36,407 bases of DNA from a virus (IMGVR_UViG_3300032007_000003:376029-412435); one strand, 5' to 3'; counted from the first letter of the stretch, positions 7,932 to 18,206 are shown. Notes: generated from the letters alone by a model not told the origin. Translations and numbers: made by a program.

Positions 7932-8280
7932 GTCCTAATATTTTAATTTTTCTCCACATCATTCTATACTTATTCATTTCGTCTCTTGTAGGAGTTCTGA
8001 TTACGTCTTGTGCATTTGTGCGGTATGGTTCATATATGTTTTTATGTCCATATGTTCCGCTATATGGTTTTGGATATGGGTAGACTTGTCCAGAGAATAG
8101 GCTATAGCATGGTAAGTGATATATTTCGCTTTCTCCCATTGGAATATTATCTATTTTATTTCCCACTTTCTGTAGCTTTTGAATCCACACATATGTACTA
8201 TGTCTACTTCCGCTATGTGATTCGAATGCTAGGTATTCTCCTATATGTTTTTTCAGCTCTTTAATGGTTATGATATTCAT
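7924..8280 (-). CDS. hypothetical protein, paralog of 8277-8663
   Basis: Shared TIKxLKxHIG N-terminus and VIRxPTxxEMNxYR C-terminus. Confidence 0.75.
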   Translation of the reverse strand: MNIITIKELKKHIGEYLAFESHSGSRHSTYVWIQKLQKVGNKIDNIPMGESEIYHLPCYSLFSGQVYPYPKPYSGTYGHKNIYEPYRTNAQDVIRTPTRDEMNKYRMMWRKIKILGHD

Positions 8281-8663
8281 AATGAATTAGATTTATTACC
8301 GAATATTCTATAATGTCTTAACATATTTCTATATATATTCATTTCTTCTTTAGTTGGTATTCTGATTACCTCAAAGCGATTTGACATTTCTTCTTTATCG
8401 AGATAAAGAATACGTGGTGTTTTCATGTTTGGGTATGGTGCTTTAAGCACGACCATATGAGTACCATATGTCATAAGACCTTGTGGTATAGCATCGTCAT
8501 CATTGAGTTTCTTTCCACTATAATATTCCTTAGAGATATCGGTTAGTTTTTTCATATATGTTACTTCTTCATCTTTGTCCATATATGAATAGAGAATGAC
8601 ATCCCCTATATGTTCTTTAAGGTCTTTTATTGTTTTGATATATGTGTATTCATTAGATTCCAT
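8277..8663 (-). CDS. hypothetical protein, paralog of 7924-8280
   Basis: Same shared motifs; ATGA overlap with the next gene. Confidence 0.75.
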   Translation of the reverse strand: MESNEYTYIKTIKDLKEHIGDVILYSYMDKDEEVTYMKKLTDISKEYYSGKKLNDDDAIPQGLMTYGTHMVVLKAPYPNMKTPRILYLDKEEMSNRFEVIRIPTKEEMNIYRNMLRHYRIFGNKSNSL

Positions 8664-8887
8664 CTTTTATCGTTTTTAAATTTCTTCCTTTTACGTGTAT
8701 CAATGATATCTTTTGGTATGAGATAGAAGAATCCTATACAGATAACTATTGTATTAAGTAATGGTGTGAATGTTATCATAGCGGCTATTTTTCTATCACA
8801 GTCATTTTCCCAAGCTCCAGCCATTTTAGTGAATATGAACATGGTGGCTAATGATGAGAGGTATATTGTCAGCAATATTGTTATCAT
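8627..8887 (-). CDS. small two-TM membrane protein
   Basis: Two hydrophobic segments followed by a basic tail. Confidence 0.6.
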   Translation of the reverse strand: MITILLTIYLSSLATMFIFTKMAGAWENDCDRKIAAMITFTPLLNTIVICIGFFYLIPKDIIDTRKRKKFKNDKRWNLMNTHISKQ

Positions 8888-8890
8888 ATA

Positions 8891-8932
8891 TTATCCAAAT
8901 ATTCTTTTATGTCTATAGAAGTTCATATATGC
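8891..8932 (-). pseudogene. remnant C-terminus of a third paralog
   Basis: AYMNFYRHKRIFG* resembles YRNMLRHYRIFG of 8277-8663; preceded by an in-frame TGA. Confidence 0.4.
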
Positions 8933-8948
8933 TCAACATGATTTTGTT

Positions 8949-9299
8949 TCATTGGTATTGATTTATTATTTTTTTATATTGTGTATATTTTTCGAAGAAC
9001 ATATTTCTCCATATGGTGCAGTATTTGCTCCAGAACTTGTGTCCTTGTGGTGTAGTTCTCCATTCGAAAGCGTAGTTAATTAGTTCAGAGTAACTTTCGA
9101 AGTCTAGTCTTTTATTTTTCATTTGTATTCCGTATAGGAAACCTATTTTCCAATTATTTGGTTTTAGAGTTTCTTGTATAAGGCTTTGTACTAAGTTTGT
9201 TCTATATTGTTGATAGATATTGTTTTCTTTTAGGAACTTTGTAAAGTCTCTAAGTATTTCTTTTTTCAGTTTTTTATATGTTTTTATATCATTTGTCAT
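8949..9299 (-). CDS. hypothetical protein
   Basis: 116-aa ORF with an AFEWRTTPQGHKFW motif. Confidence 0.7.
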   Translation of the reverse strand: MTNDIKTYKKLKKEILRDFTKFLKENNIYQQYRTNLVQSLIQETLKPNNWKIGFLYGIQMKNKRLDFESYSELINYAFEWRTTPQGHKFWSKYCTIWRNMFFEKYTQYKKIINQYQ

Positions 9300-9669
9300 A
9301 TTTAATTACTCTTACGTCTAGTCCTTTGTTTTTACAATACTCTATCATGTGTTTTGTGCCATGAGACTCGCCATCCCAAAATGCGATAAGAGCATCGGCT
9401 ACTTCTCCCATTTGGCAATTACGAATGAATCCAGCCTTCTTACCATATTTATCCCAATCCGCTAGATATACCTCTACTAAAAAGCCTTCATTTTTTGCAT
9501 ACTCTTCTCCAGTTTTATCTGCTCCACGTGCTCCACCACTAACTACAATCACGTCATAGTTTTTTCTTTTTTCAATTAGAAGTTCATTACATTTTTTGGA
9601 TAAAAGGTCATAGTCATTGAAACCTCTTGAACCAGCAATTACTACTCTAAATTTTTTTTTGTTAGCCAT
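9289..9669 (-). CDS. SLOG superfamily (YspA/DUF2493-like) protein
   Basis: VVIAGSR, VVSGGARGAD, IRNxxM, ALIAFWDGESHGT. Confidence 0.85.
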   Translation of the reverse strand: MANKKKFRVVIAGSRGFNDYDLLSKKCNELLIEKRKNYDVIVVSGGARGADKTGEEYAKNEGFLVEVYLADWDKYGKKAGFIRNCQMGEVADALIAFWDGESHGTKHMIEYCKNKGLDVRVIKYDK

Positions 9670-9764
9670 ATCATTTCCCTTAGTAAATTGTGTTTTATAG
9701 CGTAATTGTATGCTCCTCTACTATTCTTTTTGAACATACATTTATGATATATTTTTATGTGTGT

Positions 9765-9798
9765 TGCAAAGATACTAAAAATATGTGAAATATCCAAG
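9765..9798 (-). promoter_or_regulatory. Bacteroidota-type promoter
   Basis: Minus strand CTTG-20nt-TATCTTTGCA, heading the 9669-7668 operon. Confidence 0.78.
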
Positions 9799-9854
9799 AA
9801 AATGGGGAGGTTTTTAAGTATAATTAACTATTTATAGGTTGAAATATTATTTTG

Positions 9855-11111
9855 ATGGATAAAAAGATATACATAACTCCGAAGCAATATGGAGTGCTGA
9901 AGGAATCTGAATGGAACTTTCATTTTGGAAAGGAACATGATGGTAAGCCCTACAAGAGTGACAACAAGTATCAGATGGCTGGTCGTGAGACTGGTCATTT
10001 TGGCAGTGGCACTTATTTCTCCACTTACAAGGGTGAGTTTGACAATCGCTCATCCGTTGTGGATAAATATAGTGATGGATATGGTATATCTAATCCTAAT
10101 TTCATTGAGGTTGCTGACCACATATATCGTGTTGATTTTGACTTATATAAGAACTTATATAGGGTTAGGAGCAAGAGGCAAGGTGATGTATTATATACGA
10201 TGTTGGCTGATTTGAATCACATGTTCAATAGGATTACTGTGAATGGTAATTTTTATCCGAATAGGGCTAGATATGACAATAGTGATTTATATCAGAGGAT
10301 TAAGGCGAATGCTGATGGATTGGGTTTGAGGTGTCCTAGTTATTATGAGTTGACAAGGATGGCTCAGAGGCATGAAGGTGTTCAGAGTTTTTCCACTTTA
10401 TTCATGGAATACAATGGTTACAATGGTGTAAACGTGAGTGGTGTTGATTATTATGACAATACAAAGCATGGCAGTGTAATATATGATTTATCAAAGGTGA
10501 ATGATGACATGGAGGAGGTTACTCCAAAAGAGTTATACAGTGGCTATAAGGATTCCTCGTATGATAATACTGTTGTACAAGGTTATGGTGGAAACCCTAG
10601 GATTGAGGCATTAAAAGGTGAATATATTGATTGGTATAACAAGTTAAACGACATGTCTTTATCGTCAGCATTAAGGCTTTTAAAAAATTATACGAGTAGT
10701 GGTGAGATATTGGGTTATTTCATTGTTAGTAAACTTAATGAAGAATTAATAAAGAGGTATCTTAGGATATTATTTGTGAAGAAGCCAAGAGGAAGATGGT
10801 CGAATCCAATTGATGATGAGATAGTTAACGGAAAGTATGATAAATACTGGGCTGAGTTAATTGACAAGTGTGGTGCATATTATTGGGTCAACTATGTGTC
10901 TGATAACAAGTATCACAGTATGCTTATAAACTTACTCAGTGCATTCAGTTGGAACATTCCTTGGGGTGTTAATGCTGATGAGGAAAGAAGAATGAAAGAA
11001 GATTACTATAATAAGTTAATGTCTTATATGCAAAGGGACTTGACTGATTATGAGAAGCAATACATAAGAGAAGATTATTTTGAAGAGAATGATGAACAAG
11101 GAGAGAATTAG
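9855..11111 (+). CDS. putative virion protein with an ADP-ribosyltransferase-like N-terminal domain
   Basis: FHFG...GHFGSGTYFST and GYNGVNV...SVIYD resemble ART/PARP-fold motifs. The CDS is secure; the function is tentative. Confidence 0.5.
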   Translation: MDKKIYITPKQYGVLKESEWNFHFGKEHDGKPYKSDNKYQMAGRETGHFGSGTYFSTYKGEFDNRSSVVDKYSDGYGISNPNFIEVADHIYRVDFDLYKNLYRVRSKRQGDVLYTMLADLNHMFNRITVNGNFYPNRARYDNSDLYQRIKANADGLGLRCPSYYELTRMAQRHEGVQSFSTLFMEYNGYNGVNVSGVDYYDNTKHGSVIYDLSKVNDDMEEVTPKELYSGYKDSSYDNTVVQGYGGNPRIEALKGEYIDWYNKLNDMSLSSALRLLKNYTSSGEILGYFIVSKLNEELIKRYLRILFVKKPRGRWSNPIDDEIVNGKYDKYWAELIDKCGAYYWVNYVSDNKYHSMLINLLSAFSWNIPWGVNADEERRMKEDYYNKLMSYMQRDLTDYEKQYIREDYFEENDEQGEN

Positions 11112-11352
11112 AGAGATTATTAGGGAAGAGGTTGATGCATTGGAGTTTTTTGATGGAATTAACCAGAGCAATGGTGGTTTGACACCTTGGAATCCTAGTA
11201 CAAAGATGGAGAGGATGCAGCCAAGCAATGCTTCACGTGCGAATTATATACCGCCAAAGGATGATTTCAAGTTGCATACATATGCTGATTGGGTTAAGAA
11301 TTACAAGCCTCAAGGTATTTCATATCAAGAGTACAGAAACATGGAATTATAA
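11089..11352 (+). CDS. hypothetical protein
   Basis: Overlaps the previous stop; IREIIREEV motif. Confidence 0.7.
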   Translation: MMNKERIREIIREEVDALEFFDGINQSNGGLTPWNPSTKMERMQPSNASRANYIPPKDDFKLHTYADWVKNYKPQGISYQEYRNMEL

Positions 11353-11387
11353 GGTAATTTTGTATCTTTCAAAACTATTTATATCAT

Positions 11388-11771
11388 ATGGGATTTATTA
11401 GAAACATAAAAGAATCTATAGATGACAAATCATCAATGAGTAGTGGTAGTATAACTTTATTACTATCAGCTATTATTGGTGCTATTATTGGATTATGTGT
11501 ATGTTTTGTCTTAATATATGATGTAACATACGATGGTAAGGTAGATACAGACCTATTGGACTTAGGTATATTCCTAATGTCTAGTGGTGGTTACATCTTG
11601 GGTAGTGGTATGCCTAAGACTATTGTTGATGCTCGCATGAAGAAACGTTCTTGGGTTGAAAATGAGAAGATGCAAGCTGAGACTGAAGAAGATATTGAGG
11701 ACATGAGAGCAGAAAGAAGAAGAAAGAGAGAGCAGAATGTTAGCGAAAATAACGAAAATGAAGATATATAA
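11388..11771 (+). CDS. two-TM membrane protein (holin-like candidate)
   Basis: Two hydrophobic helices and a highly charged C-terminus. Confidence 0.55.
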   Translation: MGFIRNIKESIDDKSSMSSGSITLLLSAIIGAIIGLCVCFVLIYDVTYDGKVDTDLLDLGIFLMSSGGYILGSGMPKTIVDARMKKRSWVENEKMQAETEEDIEDMRAERRRKREQNVSENNENEDI

Positions 11772-11774
11772 GAT

Positions 11775-13760
11775 ATGAACAAGAAAGTATTGGATTTTGT
11801 AAATAAGCTAGAGGGTTATAAGACAGCGATTAAACAATTGCATTGGGATGCGAAGAATATGTCCCAGCACGAGTTATGTGATGACATTGCAGATAGCATT
11901 GCTGAATTTCAAGACACTGTATCTGAGGTTGAGCAGTCCATAACTGGCAAGTTAAAGGTTAACTCTCTTAAGCCTACTGAATATAAGATTAAGGATTTGA
12001 AGTCATTTGTTGAGGATGTATTGGATGCCACCAATAGTTTTTACAAGGAAGTAAAGGATATGGGTGACACATATGTTGGTATGGCAAGTGATTGTGAGAG
12101 TTTCTTATCTGATATGCAGAGGAAGTTATACTTGGTTAACTTTACGCTTAAGGAAGAACTCAAGGAGAGACTTAAGGCAAAAATTAATGAATCAATGCCA
12201 AAGAATTTAGCAAATCATGATGAGGTTGACAAGTTCATGGGAAGAAAGCCAAAGTCAATTAAAGCTAGGATAAATCAAGTATATAGGATTGTAAAGAAAT
12301 ATGGAATTGATTCCAAGGTATATCATGATGAGAATTGGCAAGCAATTTCAGATTATTACAGAGCAATCACCTCACTAGGGTGCGAGGTTGAGATGAAGCC
12401 TTGTGGTCATTTGGAGAATGCTGATAGTATTGAGTCTGATGGTGGCTATTGTGATTATGACCCATACGACCACATGCCACGTTCAAAGCAATATGCCATT
12501 AAAATAATGTTCGAGGATGGTATGAATATTGATGGATATATTAAATGTATGGCAGCTGGAACTGTTGAAGACCCATTCAGTGGATATGACACTTGTATCG
12601 TTCTCTGGCCAAAGTCTAATCGTGTATTAGAGAACAGAGAAATGAGAAACGAATCAATTAATGAATATGGTGACAAACCAGAGACTAGAGAAAAAATGGG
12701 TGCAGTTGCAAAGCGTGGAATAATGAAGGGTGATGTTAAGCCTTATCAGAGAGCCATGAGTAGCTTAGGAAAGAGAGGAAGTTCTAAAGATGATTATGTA
12801 GATTTTCAGAAGGGGTTTGAAAATGAAAATAGACAGATAAAGTTATCTGAAGCAGAGCTTAAACAAGTTGTTAAGGAAGCTGCAATGAAGATATTAAGCG
12901 AAACTCCATTAAACTATGATGTTGACAATTTCAGTGGTAGATGGAATAAGACAGAGCCTAGTGATGAAGAATTGGCATTAGCTGACTCAAGGGCAAATGG
13001 TGATTATTTGGATGACCCATTCCATGCGCCTAACAATTGGGATGATGATGATTGGGTAGATGGTGATAAAGATATGGAGAATGATTATTCATGGAGTTTA
13101 TACCATAGAATGAATAATGTTGGCAAATCTCCGATTGACAGACAGCATGACATAATGGATGCTGCCCAGAATAGAAGAGACCATGCAGCTTATTGGACTG
13201 ATAAGGATAATGAACGTGGTAGAAAATTGATGGATAAATGGATTAATGGTAAGAGAGATACGGATGAATTGGGTGATGTAGATTTCTCTTACGACCCATA
13301 TAAGTACAATGAGTCAAAAAGACCAATGAAGGTTACTGAGAACGAGTTAAAAACTATCGTTAAGGAAGCCGCAGTTAAACTTATCAAGGAATATGGTGAT
13401 TCTCCAAAGGGACAGTATATGCTTGGCAAGTTGGCAGCAAGACAGAGATTTAGAGACAATGACCCACATAAGGGAGCTAGAACACATTACTATGCTGGTT
13501 TCCATGCTCCAGAGGATGATAGAAAGTACAAGCAGTGGGCTAGAGCTGGAGAAGTTGGTTATCATGATGGTAAGAAAGAATTTTCCAAGGAAACTGATGA
13601 ATCAAGTAATATTGAGATAAAGCCAGAGAATAAGGGAAAGTTCACAGCAACCAAGAAAGCTACTGGTAAGTCAACCGAAGAACTTACACATTCAAAGAAT
13701 CCTTTGACAAGGAAAAGAGCTATTTTCGCTCAAAATGCTAAGAAGTGGGCAAAAAAATAA
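11775..13760 (+). CDS. multidomain putative virion protein with an N-terminal ferritin/Dps-like domain
   Basis: KQLHW...QHELCDD...FQDTVSE ferritin-like pattern; repeated ELKxxVKEAA linkers; basic C-terminal module. Confidence 0.65.
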   Translation: MNKKVLDFVNKLEGYKTAIKQLHWDAKNMSQHELCDDIADSIAEFQDTVSEVEQSITGKLKVNSLKPTEYKIKDLKSFVEDVLDATNSFYKEVKDMGDTYVGMASDCESFLSDMQRKLYLVNFTLKEELKERLKAKINESMPKNLANHDEVDKFMGRKPKSIKARINQVYRIVKKYGIDSKVYHDENWQAISDYYRAITSLGCEVEMKPCGHLENADSIESDGGYCDYDPYDHMPRSKQYAIKIMFEDGMNIDGYIKCMAAGTVEDPFSGYDTCIVLWPKSNRVLENREMRNESINEYGDKPETREKMGAVAKRGIMKGDVKPYQRAMSSLGKRGSSKDDYVDFQKGFENENRQIKLSEAELKQVVKEAAMKILSETPLNYDVDNFSGRWNKTEPSDEELALADSRANGDYLDDPFHAPNNWDDDDWVDGDKDMENDYSWSLYHRMNNVGKSPIDRQHDIMDAAQNRRDHAAYWTDKDNERGRKLMDKWINGKRDTDELGDVDFSYDPYKYNESKRPMKVTENELKTIVKEAAVKLIKEYGDSPKGQYMLGKLAARQRFRDNDPHKGARTHYYAGFHAPEDDRKYKQWARAGEVGYHDGKKEFSKETDESSNIEIKPENKGKFTATKKATGKSTEELTHSKNPLTRKRAIFAQNAKKWAKK

Positions 13761-13765
13761 AAAAT

Positions 13766-13801
13766 AAAAAGAGGTAGGAAATTAATCTTACCTCTTTTTT
13801 T
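13766..13801. terminator. bidirectional intrinsic terminator
   Basis: AAAAAGAGGTAGG-loop-CTTACCTCTTTTT between convergent genes. Confidence 0.85.
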
Positions 13802-13805
13802 ATGT

Positions 13806-16800
13806 TTAGAAATCTGCGAGTGCATCGACAGTTTCAGCGTAGTTATACTGTATATCATCGAAGACGTATCCACCAGTTGAAGGTGTACGATTTGGTATCT
13901 TCTTGAAATACAATCTCATATCTGATGAATTGAGTGTCATTAGATTTTCTATTGATTTTGGCAGAACTCCATCTTCCTCAAATTCATCCACCTCATCGTT
14001 TGTAATTTCCTCAAGAGCATCGAGATACTTCTGATTTTCCTCTTGGAACATAGCGTTGTTCTCTTCTTCCTTTTCTTTTTTATAGTTTTCAACAAGGGCA
14101 TCCCAATCAATTCCACATTCCTTAACGAATGGTGGAACTTCGTTAATCTTGAGCCAATATTCGATTTCCTTTTTCTCTGGAGTCATCAATGCCTCATATG
14201 TATCTTGGTCTCCCTCTTTATTTGGATAACCACTTACAAGCTTTGATTCCTCTTCAGTAAAGTACTTCTTATCTTTTGGATTGGTTACAAGTATTTTATC
14301 TCTAATATCTGGGTGGAAACATACCAATAGAGGTCTGATTCTATTATTGAATTGGTCAATGTATTTCTCAACATTGTACTCAAGACCCTCATAATCGCTG
14401 CAAAGCACGTCATCCTCAGTATCAAGAATTTCTTTTGGTACTAGTTTACAATTAAGTATGATTTCATCCTCATCGAATACCTTTGCTCCGAATTTCTCTC
14501 TACCTAATTCAAGTCTGTTTTTCTTATCTTTCCAACCATTCGCCTTGAACTCCTTGGTATATTCCTTATATGCCTTTTCCAATTCCTTTGTTATCTCAAC
14601 CTTTTCACCATCAACGTAGTTATAGTAGTGTGTAACACGTTTAACGTCTGAGTGCCCTTTCTTCTGACCAGTGTTGATGTAATATACTGTATCACCTACA
14701 TTTGGTGTTAGACCTTCCTTGAGTGCGAGTTCATACCAAGCTTGGCGTGATTTCTTTGAACCAGCCTTGGTGAGTGTTTTAGTATCAGCTTCATAGTCAG
14801 CTAACGTTTTCTTGATATTCCCTTTTGATGCTATATCTCTGATAGGAATTTGGTAGTTATATATTTTACCGATATAGTCATAATAATTTGACAAGAACTT
14901 ATATCCATTATTTCTAAGTAGAAGGTCAACACCTTCATCGATGAATTTCTCAAGGTATCCACTCATCTTTCTAGACTTAATGGTATTACCCACTTTCTTT
15001 GTTTTACCATCTGGCATCAAGTCAGCGTAGTTCTTTCTTGCGAACTGGATACAAGCATCACAATACTCGTCTATACCCAAACCCATCTTATTGATGCCAC
15101 CATTATATGCTTGTGATAGATATATATCCTCGAATTCTGCTACGTCAGCATCAACACGTGTATATTCCTTACCCTTGATGGAATTACGACCAGCTCCATT
15201 TGAAATGTATGGATGTTCCTTTGTATATCTAAAGTCCTCTTCTCTTGGCATTTGGAAGTTGAAACCATCGGTGTTGTGGCATACTATCATACCGAGTGCG
15301 TTAACAAATGTTCCATCAGCAGAAATATCATATACATATTCTGATTTACTTGTAATGTTAGAACAACTCCACACTTCGTCTTCTTTTCTCTTTGAATAGT
15401 TTTCGTTCAATAGACTTCCACGATGATTTCTAAGTCTGAAACTAATGAATTCTTGTTTATCATTTCTATTATGACAACGGAAATTATAATCAAGTTCTTT
15501 CATCAAGAAATAAAGTCCAGCCATTGCAACCTTTGATTTCTGCCCAAACTCTATACATTCATCAATTGTATCGTTTTGTCCATCACCACAACAGAATCCA
15601 TCTAAGAATGCTTTCTTCACTTCTTTCTTGGCATTTAATATGAACTCTGGAACTTTCTTATATCTATATGATGTATAGAAGTTATTGGAGAAGAATTTAG
15701 CATTTTCAGCATTCTCAACGACAAGATTATAAACATTGGATGATGTTCTATGGTCTTTTATTGATGCCTTTAACAAGAAACTGTTCTCCATAATCTCCTT
15801 TGCCTTATTAAGTCTATTAAGGGATTTGTTAGAAATTTTCCAACTTGCTCTCTTCCCTTTGTGCGTTACCCATTCACCTTTTCGCTTAGAATAGTACTTT
15901 TGAGTTCTATCACAATATACAGAACTACCATCTGCCATAAAGAATCCAAATAACCAAGCCTCCCTATCAGTTACGGTTGAACTTGCAAAATAGTTAATAT
16001 CTTTTGTGTATATTTCTATTTTGTCACCACGAGCAAGCGTAGAAGGTTTCACCTCATTACCATTATTGTCAAACAATGAATGGTCTTCAGTACAATCAAT
16101 GACACCATTTTTGGTTTCAACTCTCTTGAGTTGTTTATTTGTTTTATGCTTATAGACATATTCAATTGGTTTCCAACCGTTCCTTGTAAGGACTTCATAA
16201 TCTTTCTTAGAGAAATCTCTGTATTGTCCTTGTTCAAATTCTACAGCTTCATTAGCATTGAATATGTCGCATATTGGTATAATATCAATTCTATTATCTT
16301 TACCCTTAATAAGTATAGGTGTATCATATGTAACGCTATCTCCAACGATTGGTTCGTAACCTATTGACCTAAAGTGACTTATCATCAATCTCAATGCCAT
16401 TCTACTGATACAAGTTGTCTTTTCTGCTGCAAGAATATCTCCGAATGGGAATACATTTGGTGAACCATAACCACCGAAGAATGAGTTTGCAAGAATCTTA
16501 AGAGGCAACTGTTTCTTATCGTTACCGCTTTTTTCAGCTTTCCAGAATGTGATTTGTTCCTCGATTTCAGTCTTCTCACTACCTTCAGCAGTCTTAAGCT
16601 TATCCTTAAGTGAATCAACCTTATCTCCTGCATCTGCTTTAAGTCCCTTATATTTTTCACGTTGTGTTAAGATATATTCAAGGAATGAAAGCATGACATT
16701 CATCACATCGATTGGTGTTGATACGTGCCATGTAAGGATTACAGATGGGTAAAGTGAGTTATAGTCAAGCTTCACGATACGGTCAACGTATCCTGTCTTA

Positions 16801-18206
16801 AGAAGTCGTGAAAGACCACCTGTGAATCGTTTATTAGGTGCTGCTGCTGGAATTGCTAGGTTGTTTTCATAACACCATGCAAGCATGATAAGTTTCCAAA
16901 TACCAGCTGTACCCATTGTACATGCTCTTGAGAAGTTTGTAGGCAACATCTTACCAACAAGGAAGTTAGACTCATTTAGTTTGTCTTCAACCTTATCGGT
17001 TTCCCAAATATCATCTAGAAGGTATCGTTCAACGATATATCTACCACTTACTAGATTATATCCTTTTAATAATGGTTTTTTATCTGTTACTCTATACCAA
17101 TCACCATCTTCCTCACAAAGCCCATATACTTTTTCTTTTACGTTCCATGTATCAGTAATCTTATCACCTGGAACGTATACTCTGTTTGGTTTCTTAAGGT
17201 TAAGATATTTTGTGACATATTTCAAGTTTGATTTCTTCATGTTTGAGTCGATTGCTTGTGCTCTACGAGCTGCATGAAGTGAATCAAGCACGTTATGTCC
17301 CCACATGATTGTTGGGTAGTAGTATTCTACCTCTCCACCAAGTTTAAGGACTGATGCCTTTTTCTTCTTATATATTGCGTGTTTGAAATATTGTAGTGAT
17401 AGTTCTGAGAAGTCTATACCATAGTGTTCACAGCGAACAATGAAGAAGTTCCAGTCGAAGTTTTCTGAGTTATGACCAACCACCGTATCTGGTTTCAATT
17501 CAGCCAATATTTGAAGGAATTCCTTGATTGCAGCGATTTCGCTTGCATCTAGTTCTTCCTTTGTGCTACCTTCCACTTCGATTATCTTCTCATATCCTTT
17601 ATTGGTGCGTATACCAATCTGTTCAATTCTGTGTCTCTTTGGGTCAAGACCTTGTGTTTCCAAGTCAAAGATGAAACGATTGAGTTGGTTATAGGACTCA
17701 TAGCCCTTAAAGAGTCTACGTCCAGTTGCAATCATGTATTGCTCGATTGGAGTAATACCCATAAACTCTCTGTTTCCACTTGTATTTACCTCGTCTTTCT
17801 TTTGTCTTGGGTGAATTGGGGTTCCAGCTTTAGAGAAGAAGCCTTGGAATACTTGGTTACTCATTTTTCTAGTGGTGTAGAAAAGGTATTTATAACCGCT
17901 TTCCAATCGTTCATGTTCCTCTCCGCTATCGTTTGAGGTGATTAGTTTTTTTACTTTGATGCCGTACATGTTCAGATACTTTCTGAGTTCAGACCTATTG
18001 CCTCCGAACATTCTTATTGCGGCACTGTGTTTTACCCAAATAAATGGTTTAAAGGCATCTTTTCTGACTCTTTTAATTCCATTTTGGTCAACGTAGATAA
18101 TGCTAACTTCATCTTCGTCCCAAGCGCACTCAATGGATATTATTCGTTCCATTGGGTCGTGTCCGTTAAGAAAGGTGTTAACAACCTCAGTTGTAATCTC
18201 TTTCAT
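13806..18206 (-). CDS. family B DNA polymerase with 3'-5' exonuclease, intein-containing
   Basis: ExoI FDLETQG, ExoII HNSENFDW, ExoIII YLLDD, DYNSLYPS, KILANSFFGGYG, and VGD|TDG split by an intein. ATG at 18206 preferred. Confidence 0.95.
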   Translation of the reverse strand: MKEITTEVVNTFLNGHDPMERIISIECAWDEDEVSIIYVDQNGIKRVRKDAFKPFIWVKHSAAIRMFGGNRSELRKYLNMYGIKVKKLITSNDSGEEHERLESGYKYLFYTTRKMSNQVFQGFFSKAGTPIHPRQKKDEVNTSGNREFMGITPIEQYMIATGRRLFKGYESYNQLNRFIFDLETQGLDPKRHRIEQIGIRTNKGYEKIIEVEGSTKEELDASEIAAIKEFLQILAELKPDTVVGHNSENFDWNFFIVRCEHYGIDFSELSLQYFKHAIYKKKKASVLKLGGEVEYYYPTIMWGHNVLDSLHAARRAQAIDSNMKKSNLKYVTKYLNLKKPNRVYVPGDKITDTWNVKEKVYGLCEEDGDWYRVTDKKPLLKGYNLVSGRYIVERYLLDDIWETDKVEDKLNESNFLVGKMLPTNFSRACTMGTAGIWKLIMLAWCYENNLAIPAAAPNKRFTGGLSRLLKTGYVDRIVKLDYNSLYPSVILTWHVSTPIDVMNVMLSFLEYILTQREKYKGLKADAGDKVDSLKDKLKTAEGSEKTEIEEQITFWKAEKSGNDKKQLPLKILANSFFGGYGSPNVFPFGDILAAEKTTCISRMALRLMISHFRSIGYEPIVGDSVTYDTPILIKGKDNRIDIIPICDIFNANEAVEFEQGQYRDFSKKDYEVLTRNGWKPIEYVYKHKTNKQLKRVETKNGVIDCTEDHSLFDNNGNEVKPSTLARGDKIEIYTKDINYFASSTVTDREAWLFGFFMADGSSVYCDRTQKYYSKRKGEWVTHKGKRASWKISNKSLNRLNKAKEIMENSFLLKASIKDHRTSSNVYNLVVENAENAKFFSNNFYTSYRYKKVPEFILNAKKEVKKAFLDGFCCGDGQNDTIDECIEFGQKSKVAMAGLYFLMKELDYNFRCHNRNDKQEFISFRLRNHRGSLLNENYSKRKEDEVWSCSNITSKSEYVYDISADGTFVNALGMIVCHNTDGFNFQMPREEDFRYTKEHPYISNGAGRNSIKGKEYTRVDADVAEFEDIYLSQAYNGGINKMGLGIDEYCDACIQFARKNYADLMPDGKTKKVGNTIKSRKMSGYLEKFIDEGVDLLLRNNGYKFLSNYYDYIGKIYNYQIPIRDIASKGNIKKTLADYEADTKTLTKAGSKKSRQAWYELALKEGLTPNVGDTVYYINTGQKKGHSDVKRVTHYYNYVDGEKVEITKELEKAYKEYTKEFKANGWKDKKNRLELGREKFGAKVFDEDEIILNCKLVPKEILDTEDDVLCSDYEGLEYNVEKYIDQFNNRIRPLLVCFHPDIRDKILVTNPKDKKYFTEEESKLVSGYPNKEGDQDTYEALMTPEKKEIEYWLKINEVPPFVKECGIDWDALVENYKKEKEEENNAMFQEENQKYLDALEEITNDEVDEFEEDGVLPKSIENLMTLNSSDMRLYFKKIPNRTPSTGGYVFDDIQYNYAETVDALADF
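15273..16337 (-). mobile_element. intein (355 aa) with LAGLIDADG homing endonuclease
   Basis: Starts SVTYDTPILI; block B CTEDHSL; LFGFFMADGS and FLDGFCCGDG; block F VYDIS; ends CHN before a +1 Thr. Confidence 0.93.
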
